Below, one piece after another: positions 1-9,144 of a DNA stretch of 64,000 nucleotides. The DNA comes from Escherichia phage S143_2, in sequence record MZ189261.1; one strand, written 5' to 3'. Numbering within the stretch: position 1 is the first letter of the stretch; every line of letters starts with the position of its first letter. A model generated the notes under the pieces. That model was given only the letters and a program-made list of their open reading frames with translations, was not told the origin of the DNA and made no database searches. Position numbers and translations under genes: made by a program.

Positions 1-2214
1 TTATTTGGCCGCTTCCACGGCCTTCATGAATTTAACGATTTGAGCGACCTGTTCTTTAGAAAGAGTACCACGTCGTCCCATGTATTCTGACACAATATGA
101 TAATTGGTTTCAAATTCAATAACCATTTTATCATCATTATCGTAAGCATTATCTTTAAGCTTATCGAAAATTTTAGCACACAATTCTAACTTCCTGTTCA
201 GGTCTCTGTTATCAGCACCTGCGAATCGATTCCATCCCCAACGATTATTTACTGTTGAAAGTTTTGCAAAATCTTTACTGATTTCTTTGTTCTTAGAGCT
301 AAAATACTTACTAAGGAAGTTAAGCTCTTCATTACGAGTAATATGATTCAAATAAGGCTGTGCTCTACGACTTGGTGATACATACTCATCATAATCCACT
401 TTATCAATTAGCGTAATATAGTCATTAATTGATTTTTCGAACAAGCATTCTACTTCACCAAGTTTACGAACTTTCTTAGCAATCTGTGGACGGACTACAG
501 TGAACTCTTTAATACCTGACAAATCAGCAATACGAGTCAAGAAACTAGAATCATAGTTCAACCAACCTTTATCTGCGTCAAGACATTCAGCGTTAGAACG
601 ATTACGAATTACAACATAACCTTGAATCTCATCAGCTTTACCTGCTGGAATAAAGAGATCTTCTGATACCCAAACATCGTTTTCATTCTTAAAGAACCGA
701 TGAGCACTTGGGGATTTAGGACGAGGCCCATTAGAACGAGTCTTGACTTCAATCCATGGCTTAACGATTTGTAAAAGCTCTGAAGTCTTGTACATGTTAA
801 TGTTGTCGCCATCAAAGATAACTTTAAGACGTTCCAGAAGTTTCATTGCATCTTCGTCTGTAGGGTCAACGAATAGTACGCTTTTACCAAAACCGCGTGG
901 AACTTTACCGTTTAATTTAACCTCGTCTTTAGACATTTCAATTGAATTAAGAGCTCGCATTAATGGAACGCGTCCCTTAACGTCGTCAATAACAATTTCA
1001 ACGTTTTTAATGTTAATGCCAATCAGACTGTTAATTGAAATGGTTGATGATGAGCTACCACTTTCACGAATACGACGAAGACGAGGGTCTTCAATGATAT
1101 CGTATACGACGCCAAGATTACACCACTCAGGCCCCATTTTAAAACGTTTGTACAACTCGGAATAAGTTAGTTGTTCTTTAGAGTATTTCAGTGATTCAAT
1201 ATTAGACCCAGCCTTTTCCATGTATTTACGAGCGGTATAGCCAAGAGAATCAATTTCACGGAACACATGACGTGGGTATTTACAATCAATCCATTTCTTA
1301 GAATCTTCAGCGAACAATTTAGCATCGATTTCTGCAACGCGTTTATGGATATTTGCTACTGTACGTTTATCAAATGACAATGCTTCACGAGACGGGGCTA
1401 CATCTAGTTCACCCATAGGGAATTTAATATAAGCTGTAGTGCATCGCGTCATCATCCATGTTTGTTCTTTAATAACACTTCCGATTGGATATACAATACC
1501 ACCATAAACAGCCATGATATTACCACGTTCACCCCATGGAGCTTCCTTGGCTAAATAAACATCATCGAATTCCGGGAAGTATTTGATATCTTTAACACCA
1601 CGAACTTCTGCAATGTCACCTAGAGGACGCATAACATAAGCAATTTCGGATGCGAACTTTTCAAAATCTTCTGGGTTAACAGGCACAACTACTTCAACGC
1701 CGGTCCGGTCATCAGGACCCATCTTATCTACGAAGGTTGGCTTAATTTGTGGGCCTGTGTCATCTTGGTAGATTACGTAACCACGAACTTCACCATTGTG
1801 ATAAGACGTAAGGTTAAACGTATCAGTATATGCTAATGGAGCTTTAGAGCCGAGCCCGAATCCACCAATGAAATCGTTACTCGATGTTTTAGTTGAAGCA
1901 AAATATGAGTTATAGATTCCTGGCTCTTCATCATTACCTCGAATGGTGAAATCACTCATACCCGGACCAAAGTCTCGAACTACAAAACGTGGGTCTAAAC
2001 GACCTGGAGCCTGAACAATAAACTTATCAGTGCAACCATTAAGAATTTGTCCATCAATACAGTTTGTGATTAATTCACGTACACAAGCCAATTCTTTGTT
2101 TGTATAAAGGTCATTAGACAAAATCTTATAAACTTTGCTATTGCCTTGAATAGTAAATGCTGTGCTCTTACCGCCTGAACCAATAATCGTTTCTTTAGCC
2201 GTTTCAATAATCAT
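1..2214 (-). CDS. rIIA: rIIA protein (complete, 737 aa)
   Basis: N-terminal GHKL-like ATPase motif (ELITNCIDG), length and position match T4 rIIA; stop codon at window position 1-3. Confidence 0.85.
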   Translation of the reverse strand: MIIETAKETIIGSGGKSTAFTIQGNSKVYKILSNDLYTNKELACVRELITNCIDGQILNGCTDKFIVQAPGRLDPRFVVRDFGPGMSDFTIRGNDEEPGIYNSYFASTKTSSNDFIGGFGLGSKAPLAYTDTFNLTSYHNGEVRGYVIYQDDTGPQIKPTFVDKMGPDDRTGVEVVVPVNPEDFEKFASEIAYVMRPLGDIAEVRGVKDIKYFPEFDDVYLAKEAPWGERGNIMAVYGGIVYPIGSVIKEQTWMMTRCTTAYIKFPMGELDVAPSREALSFDKRTVANIHKRVAEIDAKLFAEDSKKWIDCKYPRHVFREIDSLGYTARKYMEKAGSNIESLKYSKEQLTYSELYKRFKMGPEWCNLGVVYDIIEDPRLRRIRESGSSSSTISINSLIGINIKNVEIVIDDVKGRVPLMRALNSIEMSKDEVKLNGKVPRGFGKSVLFVDPTDEDAMKLLERLKVIFDGDNINMYKTSELLQIVKPWIEVKTRSNGPRPKSPSAHRFFKNENDVWVSEDLFIPAGKADEIQGYVVIRNRSNAECLDADKGWLNYDSSFLTRIADLSGIKEFTVVRPQIAKKVRKLGEVECLFEKSINDYITLIDKVDYDEYVSPSRRAQPYLNHITRNEELNFLSKYFSSKNKEISKDFAKLSTVNNRWGWNRFAGADNRDLNRKLELCAKIFDKLKDNAYDNDDKMVIEFETNYHIVSEYMGRRGTLSKEQVAQIVKFMKAVEAAK

Positions 2215-2226
2215 ATTTTTCTCTCA

Positions 2227-2427
2227 TCACAAGTTACGTTTAAAAATTTCTGCCACTTCAAGAAGTTCTTCTTTAGTAGCTGTATCGGTTTGTATTTTAT
2301 ATCGAATTTCTTTAAAGCGTTCTTTAAAGGCTTCAGCTGATTCGATATCAAAAAATCTTTGGATAAGCCGGAATTCCCGGAGCACAGCTTTATCAAAAAG
2401 TTCCAAGTCCACGTTATATGTTCTCAT
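2227..2427 (-). CDS. small protein downstream-adjacent to rIIA (rIIA.1-like)
   Basis: 66-aa ORF with GAAGAG SD; position equivalent to T4 rIIA.1. Confidence 0.5.
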   Translation of the reverse strand: MRTYNVDLELFDKAVLREFRLIQRFFDIESAEAFKERFKEIRYKIQTDTATKEELLEVAEIFKRNL

Positions 2428-2519
2428 AATATTCTCTTCAGTAGATTCCTAGGGCACTATTACTAAAGACCATATAATCTATCATCTTATGTGTAATAGT
2501 GCCTCAGGCTATTCAGGAT

Positions 2520-3620
2520 TTATGCTGTGAAGATTTTATCCCACATCGCAACAACTGCATCTCGGTTATACTTCTTCCATACTGCTTCAGCACGTTTAAC
2601 TCGAGCTTCGTATGTATCAGTGAATTCTAATACAGCTTTTGTGTAAAGCGCAACTACTTCTTTCTTAGGAGTAGAGGAATCAATTTCTACACGCACAGTA
2701 TCTGGGTCGTATTCAAATGTCGCATGAGGATAATCCTTAAAAACTAACTGGATTACAGGGACACCTTTAGAGATGGCTTCAATAGAACTATTCTCTACTG
2801 TACCTGTGTCAGGACAAGTATTAATAAGTGCTTTAGCTGTTTTAAGACGTTCCATGATTTCACTGTGTGGAGCATCAATAATAACAGGATATTTAGCTGG
2901 TGGTGCCCATTTGCTTGGACAGTATCCTACACCATTTTCGCCTAGTGCTTTAATTGCTTCAAGAGCAACATCAGTGCGACGCATTTTAGTGTCATAACGT
3001 TGTGCACTAATAATCAGATCAGTCGCCGGAAGAACTTCAGGTTTCTCATTCAAACAAATAACCGGATAATCTTCGGCTTCAAACAACGGATTTGCTCGCC
3101 AATAATCATAATCAATTTTGTCAGTCAGACCTGAAGTCATATAACAATATTTGCGTTCAAATTCACGGAAGGCTTTAGTAGGAGCATAACTCTTACCACC
3201 ATTCTTATGAATTTGAATAGTCTGGTCCCAAATTTGAACAATGCCACGAGATACTGGTTCAAATGGTGTTGCCATAAAATTCTTATGAACTTTAGAGAGA
3301 CCTGCGTCTTTAATTGCCTGAACGGTTAGTTTAGTCGGTTCCATAGTAACAACAAAATCGTATTCATGGATGCCGGCTAGTTCAACAATCTTACGAGCCA
3401 TAGTATAACTCATACCTAGACTGAATTTAGTCAGATGACCAACAGGATGATGTGTAACTTTCCAGTCACCAAACGTGTCATTATCAAAGCCGATATAATC
3501 AATATCAGCACCGATGGACACAAGATATTTCAACACATTTAAATGTACTGCTTCAAGGCCACCTTGTACACGGTCAGGATTAAATGGGACTGCGCGAGAT
3601 GGGATAAACATAACTTTCAT
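2520..3620 (-). CDS. GT-B fold glycosyltransferase (GT4-like), candidate DNA glycosyl/arabinosyltransferase
   Basis: N-terminal MKVMFIPS...GG Rossmann start and C-terminal E-x7-E motif (ENSSIEAISKGVPVI); sits between rIIA.1 and gene 39. Confidence 0.6.
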   Translation of the reverse strand: MKVMFIPSRAVPFNPDRVQGGLEAVHLNVLKYLVSIGADIDYIGFDNDTFGDWKVTHHPVGHLTKFSLGMSYTMARKIVELAGIHEYDFVVTMEPTKLTVQAIKDAGLSKVHKNFMATPFEPVSRGIVQIWDQTIQIHKNGGKSYAPTKAFREFERKYCYMTSGLTDKIDYDYWRANPLFEAEDYPVICLNEKPEVLPATDLIISAQRYDTKMRRTDVALEAIKALGENGVGYCPSKWAPPAKYPVIIDAPHSEIMERLKTAKALINTCPDTGTVENSSIEAISKGVPVIQLVFKDYPHATFEYDPDTVRVEIDSSTPKKEVVALYTKAVLEFTDTYEARVKRAEAVWKKYNRDAVVAMWDKIFTA

Positions 3621-3629
3621 AATTAAGCC

Positions 3630-3663
3630 TTATTAAAATTAAAATGAAGCTCCCGAAGGAGCT
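3630..3663 (-). terminator. UUCG-tetraloop hairpin plus U-rich tail after gene 39
   Basis: minus-sense aagctcc-ttcg-ggagctt followed by cattttaatttt. Confidence 0.5.
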
Positions 3664-5480
3664 TAGGACATCCATTCTTTACGAAGTTCAGAATCATCAC
3701 CCAACAACATTTCAAAGAGTTCTTTCCAATTTTCAGGAAGTTTAACTACGTCGTACACAGGGTTCTGAATCATTTCACGATATTCTGACTTTTCAAGGGA
3801 GCCCAATCCCTTGATGTATCGAATACTATGCTTAGGCAGTGTATCTTTAGCTTCTTCATACTCAGCTACAGTATAAAACCATTTTTGAGTTTTGCCAATT
3901 TGTGCAATAATTACAGGCGTTTTAACAAAGCGAATACGTCCTTGTTCAAACAATTCAGGCCAATTACTAAAGAAAGCAAGCAAAGCCGGATAAATACTTC
4001 CAAGACCGTCATGATCGGCATCGGTCATAATTGCAATATTACGATAGTTCGTATTCTCTGCCTTTTCACCAAGAATAAGACCTGTGATAGCACAGATATC
4101 AAAGAGCTCTTTGTTCTTCATCATATCAGCATATGACATACCCCAGCTATTCATCACCTTACCACGTAATGGGAATCCGCCGTGTAGTTCACGGTCACGA
4201 ACATCAATGAGATAACCAATTGCCGAATCACCTTCTGTTAAAAACAATGTCGTATCTGCATCTTTACCACATTGGTTAGCTTTAATATGCTTATGAACCT
4301 TAGCTTTAGTTGCCTTTTTAGCTGCTTTAGTTTCTGCAGCCTTTTCTGCTGCCAATTTACGAGCTAATGCTGCTTCAACAATAGGCATAATCAAAGCTTC
4401 ATTTTTAAGAAGTGCCTGAGCAATTTTCTTAGCATCTAATTGGATATGATTACGAATATCACCATACGTTGACGTTAAACGTTCTTTAGTCTGAGAATCA
4501 AAACGCATGTTGCTCATGTCTCTAATAAACATCAACATTGTGAGACATTCTTTAACACGAGCTTTAGTGACTTCAATACCCTTATATTTCTTTTTAATGC
4601 CGGGCAAAAGATGTTCGCAGATATCATCCATTACACATTCAACATGATGACCACCATTTTTAGTATGAATGTTATTCACATAAGTTAAATGACGGAAGCC
4701 GTCTGGTGATGTTGTGAATGCTATAGAGACTTTATCATTTTCTTGAATGATGTTATCTTCACCAAATTGTTTAGCAAATCGTTTAAAATTACCATCAACC
4801 TTTTTACCATTAAATGTGAACTTGATATCAGGATAAACGACTGCCAATGTTTGAAGTCGGTCTAAAGTAATATCTAAATAAATTTGAGATAAATTATGCT
4901 CTTCAAATGAAGAGAAATCAGGAGTGAAGATTACTTTAGTGCCTTTACCTTTAGATTTCTTAGAAGACCATGATTTGTTTTCCATTCCGTTTGAACAGTT
5001 AACAGTGATTTCATTTTCGCCATCTGACGTGATGCCTGTAAACAACGTAGAGAAGATATTAGTTAAACTACTCCCGACGCCGTTCATACCACCAGTCTTA
5101 CGTTCAGAGTCATCGCCAAAGTTACCGCCAGCCTTTGGAATAGTCCAGGCTGCTACAGGCCCAGGAATTTGTTCACCTGTTTGATCGGTAACTAAACCTT
5201 GAGGAATACCACGTCCGTTATCTTCCACCGAAACTTGATTATTTTTAATTTGCACATCGATTTTATTTGCAAACTTAAATGATGTACGAATAGCTTCATC
5301 AACCGAGTTGTCAATAATCTCATCGATTAATTTAACCAGACCGGGAACATATTCAACTTGTTGATATTTACCAAACAAAAAACGCTCGTGGGCTTCTTTA
5401 GCCGAAGATCCAATATACATACCACTACGTTTCTTAATATGTTCTACATCTGATAATACCTTAATTTCATTTTTAATCAT
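3663..5480 (-). CDS. 39: DNA topoisomerase II large (ATPase) subunit, fused gp39+gp60 form
   Basis: 605 aa, MIKNEIKVLSDVEHIKKRSGMYIGS start, GyrB-like; length matches the unsplit 39/60 form. Confidence 0.9.
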   Translation of the reverse strand: MIKNEIKVLSDVEHIKKRSGMYIGSSAKEAHERFLFGKYQQVEYVPGLVKLIDEIIDNSVDEAIRTSFKFANKIDVQIKNNQVSVEDNGRGIPQGLVTDQTGEQIPGPVAAWTIPKAGGNFGDDSERKTGGMNGVGSSLTNIFSTLFTGITSDGENEITVNCSNGMENKSWSSKKSKGKGTKVIFTPDFSSFEEHNLSQIYLDITLDRLQTLAVVYPDIKFTFNGKKVDGNFKRFAKQFGEDNIIQENDKVSIAFTTSPDGFRHLTYVNNIHTKNGGHHVECVMDDICEHLLPGIKKKYKGIEVTKARVKECLTMLMFIRDMSNMRFDSQTKERLTSTYGDIRNHIQLDAKKIAQALLKNEALIMPIVEAALARKLAAEKAAETKAAKKATKAKVHKHIKANQCGKDADTTLFLTEGDSAIGYLIDVRDRELHGGFPLRGKVMNSWGMSYADMMKNKELFDICAITGLILGEKAENTNYRNIAIMTDADHDGLGSIYPALLAFFSNWPELFEQGRIRFVKTPVIIAQIGKTQKWFYTVAEYEEAKDTLPKHSIRYIKGLGSLEKSEYREMIQNPVYDVVKLPENWKELFEMLLGDDSELRKEWMS

Positions 5481-5502
5481 GTTGTCTCCTCGTTATGAAG
5501 GT

Positions 5503-5529
5503 ATTCTATCATCCGAAATCTAAAGCAAA
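5503..5529 (-). promoter_or_regulatory. MotA-box middle promoter candidate for gene 39
   Basis: minus-sense TTTGCTTTA, 12 nt, TAGAAT, then GAGGAGA SD and ATG. Confidence 0.5.
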
Positions 5530-5546
5530 AAGGGCCGAAGCCCTTA
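5520..5546 (-). terminator. UUCG-tetraloop hairpin
   Basis: minus-sense aagggc-ttcg-gccctt followed by tttgcttt. Confidence 0.45.
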
Positions 5547-5969
5547 TTTAAATTTAATTTTCTGAAGTGCATCAATTGCAGCCAAACGCCCTTGTTCACT
5601 TTTAACTGTAATGACCACATCGCCTGATACGATCACCGAACCATCAACAAATTCTATAGAGCCTTTTTTGAAATCGACAGCTGTATCTGGTTCCGGAACT
5701 TCTTCAAAGAATTTAAATTCTGCACCATAAAGCAGAATATCACCTTGCATACTATGAATAGTTCGGCCATAATCGCCTACGGCTTCTACAGCAATCACCG
5801 AAACGCCGTAACCAATCATCTCTTCCACAATAAAATCTTTGGACAATAAAGTAGTATGCAGATTAGTATTAAGACGTTTACCAGTCGTATTAAGAATTCT
5901 CAAGAAATTATCTTCCTGTCCTTTGATAATACGATATTTCTTACCAACTTCAAAACCTTTAAAAGCCAT
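5544..5969 (-). CDS. hypothetical protein (141 aa)
   Basis: ORF track; compact spacing. Confidence 0.5.
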   Translation of the reverse strand: MAFKGFEVGKKYRIIKGQEDNFLRILNTTGKRLNTNLHTTLLSKDFIVEEMIGYGVSVIAVEAVGDYGRTIHSMQGDILLYGAEFKFFEEVPEPDTAVDFKKGSIEFVDGSVIVSGDVVITVKSEQGRLAAIDALQKIKFK

Positions 5970-5971
5970 AA

Positions 5972-6151
5972 TTAACCCTTCTTAAGTAAGTCGTAAAAAC
6001 CACCGTTCACATGTTTAGGAGCAGAAACCCGACGAGTAGACAGACGATGACATTCAGGGCAAACATCGTTTTCTCGTTCAGAAATTCTTTTAATTTTTTC
6101 ATATTCATGGCCACAATCTTCAGATTGACATTTATAGTCGTATAATGGCAT
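5972..6151 (-). CDS. small zinc-ribbon protein, FmdB-like (59 aa, below ORF-track cutoff)
   Basis: hand translation MPLYDYKCQSEDCGHEYEK...CPECH; CxxC...CxxC pattern; ATG 2 nt after upstream stop. Confidence 0.45.
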   Translation of the reverse strand: MPLYDYKCQSEDCGHEYEKIKRISERENDVCPECHRLSTRRVSAPKHVNGGFYDLLKKG

Positions 6152-6153
6152 TA

Positions 6154-6564
6154 TTATTCCTTAAAATGTGTTTTCAACATTTGATACAAAGACCATGCCT
6201 GGTCGTTATTTTCGATAGTAATCGTCATCACCGGAAATTCAGACAATTCACCAAGTTCACCAGAATCTTGCTCTTCAGACGCTTGATACGGATTTTCAAC
6301 TTCGTCAAAGAACTCTGCTTCATTCGTGGAGAGCCAGATAAAGTTTTCATCAAGGATATCACCGCCTGTTGCGTATCCAACCGTGCCAGTAGATGTTAAA
6401 ATTTTAGTAGGACGTCCGAGATGGTCAACATCTAAAATTTTAAAAGGTTCCATGCCAAGACGTCGTGCATAAATCCCATTATCAGTGTGGTCTTTAATAA
6501 ACTCTTCTTGGGCACGTTTATCTATAAATTGGTACCATGAGTTAACGCGGAATTTATTAGCCAT
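6154..6564 (-). CDS. hypothetical protein
   Basis: ORF track; start moved to ATG (MANKFRV) behind GGAAGGAAA SD. Confidence 0.5.
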   Translation of the reverse strand: MANKFRVNSWYQFIDKRAQEEFIKDHTDNGIYARRLGMEPFKILDVDHLGRPTKILTSTGTVGYATGGDILDENFIWLSTNEAEFFDEVENPYQASEEQDSGELGELSEFPVMTITIENNDQAWSLYQMLKTHFKE

Positions 6565-6791
6565 TAGTAAGTTTCCTTCCAATAAGTTGTACCATTTTCA
6601 GTGATTTCACGGAAGATACCATAGATAGGCATTTCATCGCCGAGTTTTTCGTAAACGTAAACCACTTCGGTGTAGCATAAAAATTCGGTCCAGTTTTTCT
6701 GTACAACAACTAAATCAGGATTAAACAGAACATCTTCAAACTCATCGATGTTTGAATCAGTAGTTACGTTTTTAATGATTTGACGTTTCAT
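6564..6791 (-). CDS. hypothetical protein
   Basis: ORF track 6564..6836 trimmed to ATG (MKRQIIK) after AAGAGGAGAA SD; upstream part is a promoter element. Confidence 0.45.
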   Translation of the reverse strand: MKRQIIKNVTTDSNIDEFEDVLFNPDLVVVQKNWTEFLCYTEVVYVYEKLGDEMPIYGIFREITENGTTYWKETY

Positions 6792-6810
6792 AATATTCTC
6801 CTCTTGTTTT

Positions 6811-6850
6811 GATAGGTCTATAGTATCATAGACCATAGTTGTTGTACATC
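6811..6850 (-). promoter_or_regulatory. early promoter with stem-loop (variant -35)
   Basis: gataggtctatagtatcatagacc inverted repeat around -10 TACTAT; -35-like TGTACA. Confidence 0.4.
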
Positions 6851-7373
6851 ATTTTAGCAAAATAAAATCAACTTGTTCTGCCAATGAACGTCTAAACATT
6901 AATTGACAACTTCCGAGGATGAAATCAGGTGCTTCATAGACCGCGATGTAGTATCCTTTAGCTTTCAAGAGTTCAACATCCACCTGGTCATCAAACCATG
7001 CATAAACCGCGTCAACACTTTCAAATCCAAAATAGAACCCTTGAGCCCAATCTTCACTCAATTCAAATGTGTGATCAATTCTATAGTATCTTAAGATATT
7101 TTGTTCAAGGAGTTTGTCTTCATTTACTGTAGGACGATTAGGGACATTATAGTTGTCGCCATGATGGTAGAAGTTACCTGAGAGTATTCCATGCTTATCA
7201 AGGAACTCCCATGTTTCTTCAGAGTTGTCGGTGCCCGACCAGCCGTATGGCGAGCGAGGTTCTTTATTCCAAGAGGTTTCCCAAATTCTGACGGCTTTAC
7301 CGTCTTCGATAGCAATTCCTGGTAATGATTCACGTTGAGTACAAAAACTACGTTCTACGCGGTAAACTAACAT
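6849..7373 (-). CDS. hypothetical protein (174 aa)
   Basis: ORF track. Confidence 0.55.
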   Translation of the reverse strand: MLVYRVERSFCTQRESLPGIAIEDGKAVRIWETSWNKEPRSPYGWSGTDNSEETWEFLDKHGILSGNFYHHGDNYNVPNRPTVNEDKLLEQNILRYYRIDHTFELSEDWAQGFYFGFESVDAVYAWFDDQVDVELLKAKGYYIAVYEAPDFILGSCQLMFRRSLAEQVDFILLK

Positions 7374-7377
7374 ATTA

Positions 7378-7428
7378 TTCTCCTCTGGTTGATATGGTTA
7401 TAATATCAAAACCGGAGGAGAAGTAAAC
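7378..7428 (-). promoter_or_regulatory. early promoter with stem-loop enclosing -10
   Basis: minus-sense GTTTAC, 17 nt, TATTAT; arms ttctcctccggttttg / caaccagaggagaa, second arm carries the SD. Confidence 0.55.
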
Positions 7429-7432
7429 AACT

Positions 7433-7852
7433 TTATGCAAAAGATGCTGGACAATATTTTTTGATTTGGAACTCAGGAACTACCATGAACTGTCCAGCGA
7501 AAACGATGTTATAAAGCTTAACACCATCTTCTACCCATTGGTCCGAAATAAAACCAGCAACTTGCTTAGTTTTCCACGGTGTTCCATCAGTTGCCGCAGC
7601 AATAGTGAATTCATGGTCTTTTACAACTAAAACAGACCTGCACAGTTTCCATTTGAACACACGTTCTTCTGGCTCAATGAATTGGCTTTTAACATAACCA
7701 ATGTTACCATCAACGTCACGAACTTTAACTTCGTTACGTCCAAAAACCGGATCACTCACAGAAAGAACTTCAACCAACTTCCCGGCAACTTTAGAGCGAG
7801 AAGCAACAGATACATATACGTAATCACCTGTAGAGAGATTTACAATATTCAT
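7433..7852 (-). CDS. KOW-like small protein, MotB-like paralog 1
   Basis: shares SRSK(A/V)AG(K/R)LVEV and GFISDQWVEDG.KLYNIVF blocks with next ORF; lies upstream of dexA as motB does in T4. Confidence 0.5.
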   Translation of the reverse strand: MNIVNLSTGDYVYVSVASRSKVAGKLVEVLSVSDPVFGRNEVKVRDVDGNIGYVKSQFIEPEERVFKWKLCRSVLVVKDHEFTIAAATDGTPWKTKQVAGFISDQWVEDGVKLYNIVFAGQFMVVPEFQIKKYCPASFA

Positions 7853-7861
7853 AATAATTCC

Positions 7862-8392
7862 TTAAGCTTTACGAGGAGACACATAGCGAGTGATTTCAGA
7901 TTCTTTAACAACTCGGAAGTCACCTAAGAATACGATATTGTATAACTTTTCGCCATCTTCAACCCATTGGTCACTAATGAAGCCACACATGGTATCAGTT
8001 GTGCTTGGATAACCGTATTCGTCGATGTAATCAAATTCTTTATCGGTTATAAATTCAACGCCTTTGCAAAGGGCCCATTTGAACTGTACATTAGGCTCAG
8101 TGGATTCACATACGTATCCATCACATGATTCAACTTCTTCAACAGAAGAAAAGTGTGCAGGTGCAACTTCTTCGCTTGAAGCAAATTGGACTCGTATATG
8201 TTTTTCCAGGAATTTAGGACTTACGTAAGCATACTGGGCATCTTGTCCGCCAAAACTGGGCATGATTCGAACTTTAACTTCTTTAACACGTCCCATGCCG
8301 TTAGTACGAAGCCCTGCGACTTCAACCAGACGACCTGCAGCTTTAGAACGAGAAGCAGGAGATACACGAAGGATTTCACCAATAGTAATCAT
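7862..8392 (-). CDS. KOW-like small protein, MotB-like paralog 2
   Basis: paralog of 7433..7852; ORF track start (TTG) trimmed to ATG (MITIGEILRV). Confidence 0.5.
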   Translation of the reverse strand: MITIGEILRVSPASRSKAAGRLVEVAGLRTNGMGRVKEVKVRIMPSFGGQDAQYAYVSPKFLEKHIRVQFASSEEVAPAHFSSVEEVESCDGYVCESTEPNVQFKWALCKGVEFITDKEFDYIDEYGYPSTTDTMCGFISDQWVEDGEKLYNIVFLGDFRVVKESEITRYVSPRKA

Positions 8393-8422
8393 ATTTTTTC
8401 TCTCTTTGTTTAAGTTGAATTC

Positions 8423-8452
8423 ATTATACTCCAACCATCCTTGGTTGTAAAC
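8423..8452 (-). promoter_or_regulatory. early promoter cassette class A
   Basis: minus-sense GTTTAC, 18 nt with caaccaaggatggttg hairpin, TATAAT; same cassette at 49593 and 50613. Confidence 0.55.
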
Positions 8453-8457
8453 TGGTT

Positions 8458-9135
8458 TTATCGCTGTTTTACACTTAACGGATCAGGATTCTCAGGGACA
8501 TCTTCAAGGCCAAGCGCATAACGCTGGGCATATTTTAACATCAAAATATCTTTAGCACAATCATGAATACTATCATGGGCAACGAATCCTTTTAGCGTAC
8601 CCATTGGTAATGGACACATACTTAATCCTCGTGTCAACGAGTAAGCTTCGATTGCCGTACGAATATCGCGTTGAGCCCAGAATTTAACCGGTTCTAATTT
8701 ATCAGTATCAATCTCTGGTTCAGGAACACCTTCATCACGATAGAGGTCACGAATCAAATCAACCAAGATCGGGAAGTCAAAGCTCATACCACGGCACCAC
8801 ATCTGTGATTTCCATTGGTCAACTTTATTAGCTCGACAATAATCTAAAAAGATTTTAATGCCTTCAAGCGTAGTGACATCGTCTTCAGACGGAGCCAAGT
8901 TTTTACGTGCTTCAGCCGATTGTTCTTTCCACCATTTCATAGTGGATTTAGCGAAAACTCGCTTCCCTTTCTGAGAAGCTAAATTAAATTTAATTCGCTT
9001 ACCTCGTTGAACAAGTTCTTCAAATGATTCAACAACTTCAGGGTCGGAATTATATGCAATAACCGCAAGGTCAATAACAGCCGCTTTTGATGTATTGCCG
9101 AATGTTTCAAAATCTATAATAACATCAGTGCTCAT
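8458..9135 (-). CDS. dexA: exonuclease A (DnaQ-like 3'-5' exonuclease)
   Basis: IIDFETFG exo motif, 225 aa, synteny with dda. Confidence 0.8.
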   Translation of the reverse strand: MSTDVIIDFETFGNTSKAAVIDLAVIAYNSDPEVVESFEELVQRGKRIKFNLASQKGKRVFAKSTMKWWKEQSAEARKNLAPSEDDVTTLEGIKIFLDYCRANKVDQWKSQMWCRGMSFDFPILVDLIRDLYRDEGVPEPEIDTDKLEPVKFWAQRDIRTAIEAYSLTRGLSMCPLPMGTLKGFVAHDSIHDCAKDILMLKYAQRYALGLEDVPENPDPLSVKQR

Positions 9136-9144
9136 AATTTTCTC

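Noticed and set aside
743-1165. 140-aa plus-strand ORF
   Set aside because: Antisense within rIIA; Ser/Leu/Arg-rich translation typical of the reverse frame of an AT-rich gene.
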